Part shown: positions 54,576-64,000 of the stretch, one piece after another | How positions within the stretch are numbered: the stretch's first letter is position 1 | How the letters are laid out: every line of letters begins with the position of its first letter | Assembly: GCA_951406725.2 (NCBI GenBank) | Contig: OX597819.1 | Span: 122,884,001-122,948,000, forward strand | Source: Octopus vulgaris | Taxonomy: Eukaryota | Direction: 5' to 3' | Length of the DNA stretch: 64,000 bases | Notes under the pieces: generated by a model | Databases searched by the model: none | What the model was told of the DNA's origin: nothing | Seen by the model: only the letters and a program-made list of their open reading frames with translations | Position numbers and translations under genes: made by a program

Positions 54576-54623
54576 GTTTCTGATGAAGGGATATCACCCA
54601 TATCCTTGATAAAGCTGCAAGAC
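54576..54623 (+). ncRNA. Degenerate hammerhead-like motif
   Basis: GTTT-CTGATGA-AGGGATAT-CACCC-ATATCCTT-GATAA-AGCT-GCA-AGAC; GAAAC segment decayed. Confidence 0.45.
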
Positions 54624-55360
54624 TATCTTTTTGTTTATAAATGTCCTAGAAATTTCACATTGCTTTGACTTTGTTGCCTCATTTAATTTAATGCACACAC
54701 ACATACTATGGGGATATTTAAACCTCTTACAGCGATAGTTTTATCTAAGATGCCCTGGTTTAATATATTATATTTTAAAGTGATGTTTCTTCAATAAATA
54801 TATTATAAAACATCAAATATTATTAAGAAGTTTGCAAATAGAGTGATTCAAAGGATATAAATTACTTTATTAATGAATTTACATTACCTACAATCGTTTC
54901 ACTTCAAGCCCAATTTCAATTACAAAACATATGTAATGTATTTTGAGGATCCTGGGTGGAAGATCTTCAGGGCAAAATGGACCTTACAGAGTTTACATTT
55001 TGATCAGTTGAAACAGTCCAACAGACTAAGCAGACAGAAGTGTGTTTATTGTGTGTGTGCTTATGTGTATGCGTTAATATTATTAACGCATGCGCACACA
55101 CGTACATGCGCTCACATGCAAAAGAATAGGTATATTTATACATGTATTTATGTGTAATTACAAATACTAATGTTTCTATAAAGCTACGTGTATGTATGAG
55201 TGTGTATGTATGAGTGTGTATGTATGCGTGTGCCTGTGTTTCTGTGCGTGTATATGTGTATGTGTATGTGTATGTGTGTGTGTGCGTATACATTGTAGAT
55301 ACAAAATGAGCGAACTCGTTCATATTGAAGTGTTTTCTGACCTGTCTAATGATTGTATTT

Positions 55361-55491
<131 letters not shown>

Positions 55492-55538
55492 TAAATTGAT
55501 CAAAATAAAAACATGATACCAAGTACTCACCACGAATT

Positions 55539-55592
<54 letters not shown>

Positions 55593-55632
55593 TGTCTGTC
55601 TCGCTCTCTCTCTCTCTATCTCTATCTATCTA

Positions 55633-55671
<39 letters not shown>

Positions 55672-55903
55672 CTATGTATCTGTTTATCTGTCTATATGTA
55701 CGTATATCTCTATGTAAACATGCATATATATGTATGCGTATGTATGTGTGTCGGTATATATGTTGTACCTACTTGTATGCCGGCATGTCTGCTAACGTGT
55801 ATGTGTGTGTATATATACATATACTTTCACACTAATATGCATATTAAAACACAAAGGCGCACTAAAACAAATACACACACACACACTCATATATATATAT
55901 ATG

Positions 55904-55941
<38 letters not shown>

Positions 55942-56444
55942 AATATATGTATGTATATAAATATATATATATACATACACATTGAAAAACATACAGACAC
56001 ATATACATACAAACATAACCAGGCTCTGGGAATGTAGAATGTTCGAGGGTAAAATACAGAAGAGACAGATATTTCAAGTCTTTAGGCGTCAGCAGGGTTC
56101 AGCAGTGGCTCGCTGCCAAGATTATGGGGTTCTTAGGATGGTTTCGCTGTATTTTGAAATAATATTTCACATGGCTTCTAGGAAATATTTCTGAACTTGT
56201 TCCGGTAAAGATGTAGTTATGAGCTAATAATGCCCGTTGCTAATGACAGCTTCGGATGTGTGTACAGATGCTTGTGTTATGGAAATTATGTAAATGTTTA
56301 TGTGTATATATGGCTTCCTTTGTGGTGTGGGTATGTTCTTAATAAAACAACTGGCTATTATTATCGCAATGTCTAAGCGAAAATATGTTATATATGTATA
56401 GGCATTTACAAACATACACGGGCGCGCACACGCACACCCGGATG

Positions 56445-56525
<81 letters not shown>

Positions 56526-56574
56526 GCTTGTATGTATATATGTGTACACAGACACACAGACTCATAGATATGTG

Positions 56575-56618
<44 letters not shown>

Positions 56619-56725
56619 CATACATACATACGTATATGTATATGTATATATATATACATATATATACACACAGACACACATACTCAGACTTACACAGATA
56701 CACAGATACACATATACACACAAGC

Positions 56726-56773
<48 letters not shown>

Positions 56774-57364
56774 ACTGGCTTTTTTCACACATGTATATCT
56801 CACGTGTACCTACACATACAAATTATACACATAATGGTTTCTCCCGTCTAGTTGTATAGCCATTCATATAATCAAGACTGCATACTTTCACAAAGGCATA
56901 CGTTCATACACACACACACACATACATGCACACGCCGACGCACACACAGGTAATGTAGTTCAAAAGCTGATATTCCCAACAAAAGGTCATTGATTAAATT
57001 CTAGCGCCACACTGTGCTCAGTCACTACAACTTTTTGTATTCTCTCCAGGTATCCGTGATCTGAAGAAATGATTAGATAATGCTTTGCTGATGAGGTCTA
57101 ATAAGACGGAAATATACCCAGGATTTTCAATGTACTCTCAAATGTCAAGTTTACATTTACTAAATCTTATTTTACTGTATTTTCAATTATTTATATTCAT
57201 GTGGTATACTGCATGATTTTTCCCATGAAGCTATTAAACAGAATAATGTATGTTCTGCATCTAATATTAATGAATAATCTATCTCTCTATGCATCAATCT
57301 ATCTATGTAACTGCCTGTCTGTCCGTATGCATGCTTGCGTGTATGTATGTATGTATGTATGTTT

Positions 57365-57741
57365 TGGAAGCGCTCCGTCGGTAACGACGATGAGGGTTCC
57401 GGTTGATCCGAATCAACGGAACAGCCTGCTCGTGTAATTAACGTGTAAGTGGCTGAGCACTCCACAGACACGTGCACCCTTAACGTAGTTCTCGGGGATA
57501 TTCAGCGTGACACATAGAGTGACAAGGCCGGTCCCTTGAAATACAGGTACAACAGAAACAAGAAGTAAGAGTGAGAGAAAGTTGTGGCGAAAGAGTACAG
57601 CAGGGATCACCACCATCCCCTGCCGGAGCATCGTGGAGCTTTTAGGTGCTTTCGCTCAATAAACACTCACAACTGGGAATCGAAACCGCGATCCTATGAC
57701 CGCGAGTCCGCTGCCCTAACCACAGGGCCATTGCGCCTCCA
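57365..57741 (-). mobile_element. SINE family C copy
   Basis: Matches 19690-20071. Confidence 0.9.
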
Positions 57742-57784
57742 TGTATGTATATATGTATGTATGTATGTAGAAATAGATATTATT

Positions 57785-58003
57785 ATTTTTTATTGCTCAC
57801 AAGGGGCTAAACAAAGAGGGGACAAACAAGGACAGACAAACGGATTAAGTCGATTAGATCGACCCCAGTGCGTAACTGGTATTTAATTCATTGACCCCGA
57901 AAGGATGTCGATCTCGGTGGAATTTGAACTCAGAACGTAACGGCAGACGAAATACCACTAAGTATTTCGTGCGGCGTGCTAACGTTTCTGCCAGCTCGCC
58001 GCC
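57785..58003 (-). mobile_element. SINE family B copy
   Basis: Reverse complement of 469-698. Confidence 0.88.
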
Positions 58004-58045
58004 TTAGAAATAGATATTTAAATATATAGATACACACATATATAC

Positions 58046-58138
<93 letters not shown>

Positions 58139-58802
58139 TGTGTGTGTATGTGTGCTTGTTTGTGTGAATGCGAGTGTGAGCGTGTGTATATAATGTATAG
58201 TATGCATATATGTGCCTATGCTGTTGATGTCAGAAGAATTGTACAGAATTTCGAGAGAATTTCAAATAATTTTTGGGGGAATATCTCGAGGCAGATATAA
58301 GGAGCTTTAGATAATAGCATGTAATTTTGGGCTTGAAAGAATCATTTTTCAATAGAAAAATTCGAAGGTTGTCTTTGACTTTTCCTATCCAAAAGGTTTT
58401 TTTCTCCAATCAATTATTTACATATTATTATCTTTATCAGGACAAATTATCCCTCTAGGACAATCATCCCCCGCTCGACGACAACTATCCCCTAGGACAA
58501 TTACTTGGTTAAATACCCTCTCTCCAATATATTAAGAAGTTTTAAACCATCGTCCGTTGTCCTCGCGGGTAATTTCCATGGTTGGGGGGGGGTTACTTAT
58601 CCTAGACTCGTATTATCTATTATTTTATGTGAATACTTTCAGATATTCATAAAAAGGATCCGTCCTTCTATCTATCTAGCTAGCTAGCTAGCTGTCTATC
58701 TATCTAGCTGTCTATCTATCTGTCTATCCATCCATCCATCCATCTATCTATCTAACTGTCTGTCTGTCTCTCTACCTATATATCTTTCTATTTATCTATC
58801 TG

Positions 58803-58845
<43 letters not shown>

Positions 58846-58874
58846 CTATCTGTCTGTCTGTCTATCTATCCATC

Positions 58875-58933
<59 letters not shown>

Positions 58934-58951
58934 TATCTCTCTATCTATCTC

Positions 58952-59012
<61 letters not shown>

Positions 59013-59041
59013 TCATCTATCTATCTACGCTTGTGAGTATA

Positions 59042-59271
59042 CAGTAATCCCTCGCCATATCGCGGTTCACACATCGCGGTTTATCATTTAAGCTTATGCC
59101 GATTCCTCCATGGTGTTGTTTTGCATTTATAATAAAATATATACTGTATATACAAATTATAAAAATAATTTTAAAACATATACAGTACAGTACTGTTTCT
59201 ACTTGGCGGTTTTTCACCTATCGCCGGGTTGGGGTTGGAACGTAACACCCGCGATAGTCGAGGGATTACTG
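59042..59271. mobile_element. pogo/Tigger-like MITE (230 bp)
   Basis: TIR CAGTAATCCCTCG / CGAGGGATTACTG with TA duplication. Confidence 0.85.
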
Positions 59272-59411
59272 TACATATATTTATGTATGTACGTTTTCAT
59301 ATACTTACACATGAATGTTTACTTATATGTACATACACACACATGCTCTCCCTCTTTCTCTCTCCCTCTCTCTCACACACACACACACATGCTCTCCCTC
59401 TTTCTCTCTCC

Positions 59412-59466
<55 letters not shown>

Positions 59467-59475
59467 GACGAAAAT

Positions 59476-59682
59476 GTGACCTCGTGTGTACCGTTGGCGA
59501 TTTTTTTCCTCTGTTTTCCCTTCTCTGGATCTTTCCTTCTCCTATGTTTCCGACGAAGAGCTCCGCTCGAAACGTTAAACCCGCCTTCTTTCCTTCTTTC
59601 CTGAGCGTCTAATAATTCTATATTTGTTCCACGTCCTCGCGTTGTTGTGTTTTTTTTTGTGCTTTCCTGTTTGGATTAACAA
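59476..59682 (+). mobile_element. Second copy of the ~200-bp hammerhead-bearing element (motif 59546-59580)
   Basis: Matches 11962-12168; core CCGACGA. Confidence 0.75.
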
Positions 59683-59999
59683 CTATATATGTATGTATGT
59701 GTGTAGGTAAGTGAAAAATCGTCATGTGAATGATGAAGAACAAAAATCAAAACGATGGCTTACATATTCTTTATTAATTCATTCCGGCAGGTTGGAAACC
59801 GAATATGTTAATCCGTGCTGTACCTCGTCAATGGAAAGCAATTCCTTACTGACGAATGCGCGTTCATAGCACAATTGATTCTGAGTGGAAGGGAACTTGG
59901 CTTAACGAATCGAATGTTTTATGAACACACATTTCTCTGAAAGGAGAAACTGATCTACATTGACATGATATAACATGAACGAACGTATTAAGAATAATC

Positions 60000-60750
60000 C
60001 TTCCTACTATAGACACAAGGCCAGACATTTCTAGGGCGGGGACCAATCGATTGCATCGACCCCAGTGCATAACTGGTTCTTAATTTATCGACCCCGAAAT
60101 GACTTAAGGCAAAGTCGACAACGGCGGAATTTGAACACAGAAGCTAAAGATGGACGAAATGTCGCTTATCGTTTAATCCCTAATTCTTTACTACCTACAA
60201 GGGGCTAAACAGAGAGGGGACAAACAAGGACAGACAAACGGATTAAGTCGATTATATCGACCCCAGTGCGTAACTGGTACATAGTTTATCGACCCCGAAA
60301 GGATGAAAGGCAAAGTCGACCTCGGCGGAATTTGAACTCAGAACGTAGCGGCAGACGAAATACCGCGAACAGTTCGTGCTAACGTTTCTGCCAGCTCGCC
60401 ACCTTAAGAATGTTAAGAATAATAACAAGAATAATATCGGCTTCAAGTTTTGGCACAAAGCCAGCAATTTTTGGGGAAAGGGAAACTCGATTGCATCGAT
60501 CCCAGAGTTCAACTGGAACGTATTTTGACAAAGCCGAAAGGATGAAAGGCAAAGTTGAACTCAGTGGAATTTGAACTCAGACGTCAAACGGACGAAATAC
60601 TAATAATATTAATAAGAATAATATGCACAATTATTGGTTTCAATTTTTGGCACAAGGCCAGCAAGCTTTAGGGTTGGTCTAGGTCGATCACGTCGACCCG
60701 GCCGTTAGACTGGTTCTTATTTTATCGACCCCGAAAGAATGAAAAATAAA
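60000..60750 (-). mobile_element. Stack of four SINE family B copies
   Basis: Repeated TATCGACCCCGAAAGGATGAAAGGCAAAGTCGAC-like blocks. Confidence 0.8.
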
Positions 60751-61003
60751 ATCTAAGGGCATCTTTGTTTAGGGTGTTTCACCCTAAACTAAGTACCACG
60801 TTTAATTACACGGATCTTAATCCTCCGAGGAAATTTTTCATAGGACTATCATTGAACTTAAAAAACATAAAGACTTTAAAACGTATCGGTATGCCTTTTT
60901 TTTTTTTTGTATATGTTTATTATTATTTTTTTTTTTTAAAAAAAACACTGTAAATTTCTTTTTTCCCCTTCCTCAATTTAAAAAAAAATTCTTTTCACCT
61001 TTC

Positions 61004-61045
61004 AATTCTTGAAGATTTGCATTGCGATGAAAACCGGTTAGAGTT
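61004..61045 (+). ncRNA. Degenerate hammerhead-like motif
   Basis: AATTC-TTGAAGA-TTTGC-ATT-GCGAT-GAA-AACCGGTT-A-GAGTT; palindromic stem III. Confidence 0.45.
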
Positions 61046-61214
61046 AACATTTAAAAAATTTTTAACATTTTCCATATACCCATTTTTTATGAAAATTTAC
61101 CTTCATTCTGCCTTTTTATAATTTTTCCTCGCCTATACATATATATGTATATATATATATATATAACCGCTTTGTATATTTATCTGTATGCATTGTTTTA
61201 CACTTTTTAAAAGC

Positions 61215-61446
61215 TTAGCCAGACTCATGGGCCCGGTTTCCCGGTTTCAATGGCGTATGTGTTCCCCAGCTGGACGGGACGCCAGTCCATCGCAGCGTTA
61301 CTTATTTTTGCCAGCTGAGTGGACTGGAGCAGCGTGAAATGAAGTGCTTTGCTCAAGAACAAAACACGTTGCCCGGTCCAGGAATTGAAACCACATTCTT
61401 ACGATCATGATGCTGACACCCTAACCACTAAGCCACGTGCCTCCAC
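61215..61446 (-). mobile_element. tRNA-derived SINE (family C relative)
   Basis: Head GTGGAGGCACGTGGCTTAGTGG; GCGATGGACTGGCGTCCCGTCCAG block. Confidence 0.75.
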
Positions 61447-61531
61447 TTGGTTTACACTTTACACATACTTATATCAGAACATATTTTACGAGTATTCATA
61501 TTTTTTTTATACCTTAGATTTTATAATTTAA

Positions 61532-61678
<147 letters not shown>

Positions 61679-62391
61679 GTATTACCATTATCTCAATATC
61701 ACGCTTCTGATTCATGGCTTAAAATTAAAAGATAATATGTATATATTTTTACATATTCCATATGTAAGTGCCTCAAGCAGTCTTTATAGAATCCATCTAA
61801 TAATTAATTAATTAAGCACAAGAATAGCTATTAAACTGGTTCCACATAATCTTCCTTTTAATGCTAATAAATGATACATACACACCTTTAATCTATTTTG
61901 GCTATGATACTATTTCGGAATTCTTAAATTTTATTTTATACAACATGACAAATTGTTTCTAAACGTTCGCCCATCGTGCCCCTAATAAATTTTCTATGTA
62001 TCAGCATCTTAGTGTCTTGCCTCTTTAACAGGTAATTAACATCATAATATAAAGCCTATCCCTACCCAGCATCTTTTTTATAGACAGTTACTGCTATCAA
62101 ATTGACTCTTCTTAATGTCTTATTTCCTTTCTCTTGGGGAAAAGGGATAAATATGATAATATTTATGACCTTACCTAGCTATGAGCTGTCAACACACTTT
62201 TATTCTTTATCGAAAGAGACAGTTTTCTAGTCTCAGATTTAATAGATGATAAAGAGATAAATAAATTAGAGATGAATTACAACCCTTACGACCCCCACTA
62301 TGCTCCATGCGATTCTAAGAAAGTGCAGTCTCTTCTTAGAAACTTTGCAACAATAGCGACAAAATGAATTTCTTCCATCATTCTTATTCAG

Positions 62392-63037
62392 TTTTACTCT
62401 TTTACTCTTTTACTTCTTTCAGTCATTTGACTGTGGCCATGCTGGAGCACCACCTTTAGTCGAGCAAATCGACCCCATCACTTATTCTTTGTAAACCTAG
62501 TACTTATTCTATCAGTATCTTTTGCTGAACCGCTAAGTTACGAGGACGTAAACACACCAGCAGTGGTTGTAAAGCGATGTTGGGGGGACAAACACAGACA
62601 TACAAACATACATACATGCATATATATACTTTTCTTTTTTACTTGTTTCAGGCATTTGACTGCGGCCATGCTGGAGCACCGCCTTTAGTCGAGCAAATCG
62701 ACCCCGGGACTTATTCATTGTAAGCCCAGTACTTATTCTATCGGTCTCTTTTGCCGAACCGCTAAGTGACGGGGACGTAAACACACCAGCATCGGTTGCC
62801 AAGCAATGCTAGGGGGACAAACACAGACACACAAACGCACACACACATACATATATATATGTATACATATATACGACAGGCTTCTTTCAGTTTCCGTCTA
62901 CCAAATCCACTCACAAGGCATTGGTCGGCCCGGGGCTATAGCAAAAGACACTTGCCCAAGATGCCACGCAGTGGGACTGAGCCCGGAACCATGTAGTTTG
63001 TTAGCAAGCTACTTACCACACAGCCACTCATACTCCT
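62392..63037 (-). mobile_element. SINE family A full copy (62636-63037) plus a second tail (62392-62610)
   Basis: Reverse complement of family A. Confidence 0.9.
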
Positions 63038-63214
63038 ATAAAATATTTAAGAAAAATCATATCAATGTATCCTACTTGTTAAAATATTCTTTATTTTATG
63101 CAGCTGATGATAGCATTGCATTTAAATTCATGCAATGATTGCATAGTTCACCTAAAAGAAGCCGGTTGATACGGTCGTACTGTATTACTACTTGATATCA
63201 TGTTGCTTATTTTG

Positions 63215-63287
<73 letters not shown>

Positions 63288-64000
63288 CGTTTTTGTGTGT
63301 GTGTATGTTTGTGTGTGTGTGTGTATATAAGTATGTATGTACATATATACATATATATGCACATATATATATAGATATATAGATATATATATGTATATAT
63401 ATATGTATGTATATATATATATATAATGTTTCATGCAGGAAAACTGTACACGAGACCTTTGTGGTGGTGGTGGTGGTGGTAGGGTGGGAAGCAAGCTTCT
63501 TACCACACACCCACGAGAAAATACATCAAACATAATTGCTGAAAATTCATAGGGGGTACATTTTTCATTTCGTTTCATTCGGCACTCCTTTTGATGAGTA
63601 GATCCCTTTTTAACATGCACTGGTGTGCAGAAAACGCCTGCGTGATGTATTCGCTACTGATTCCAAAAAGAAAAAGAATAACAACAAGAAAAAACAAGAC
63701 GAACACTTCGAAGATGTTATTGCTTAACTCATTATAATACAATTCTAATTCTAAGAAAATGGTAAAGTGATGGGTTTGGAGAATATCAAATCAATTGAGT
63801 ACGAAAATAATGAAGAATCGAAAATGACACTTCAAAGGCGACAATCTGTCTCATTTGTTTTCAATGATTCGCCAACTAAGATGTAAGGGAAACAGATATA
63901 AAAAACGAAAAGCACAAGTCATCAAATAGAAGGAAAATGTATGTAGAAAAGAGGTACCCGTAGCATTTCGGTAAACAGAGTAGATAATATACGGAATAAT

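Noticed and set aside
57050-57130. Strong splice acceptor (ctctccag)
   Set aside because: All three frames stop within ~25 nt and no donor follows.

Overview
AT-rich, microsatellite-saturated animal DNA. The SINE repertoire points to a cephalopod, probably Octopus (inference). Almost all supplied ORFs are microsatellite artefacts. The window is a mosaic of three tRNA-derived SINE families, two mariner copies, RTE, R4/Dong-like and CR1-group LINE relics, Penelope-like (Naiad-type) relics, MITEs and a 17-copy 189-bp satellite. A few small candidate host exons lie on the + strand (14.0, 20.2, 22.1 kb). The most striking hidden signal is about 15 type I hammerhead-ribozyme-like motifs from several unrelated AT-rich elements. 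Many have palindromic stem III, some have 70-95 nt stem II extensions, and core variants recur (U4C, U3-A8). Other highlights: a TGA at the CxxC cysteine of the Penelope GIY-YIG domain (possible selenocysteine), a twin-priming-like inversion in an RTE, a SINE/LINE shared 3' stem-loop with compensatory changes, and a recurrent SINE-into-SINE junction. All structures were read by eye; nothing was computed or searched.
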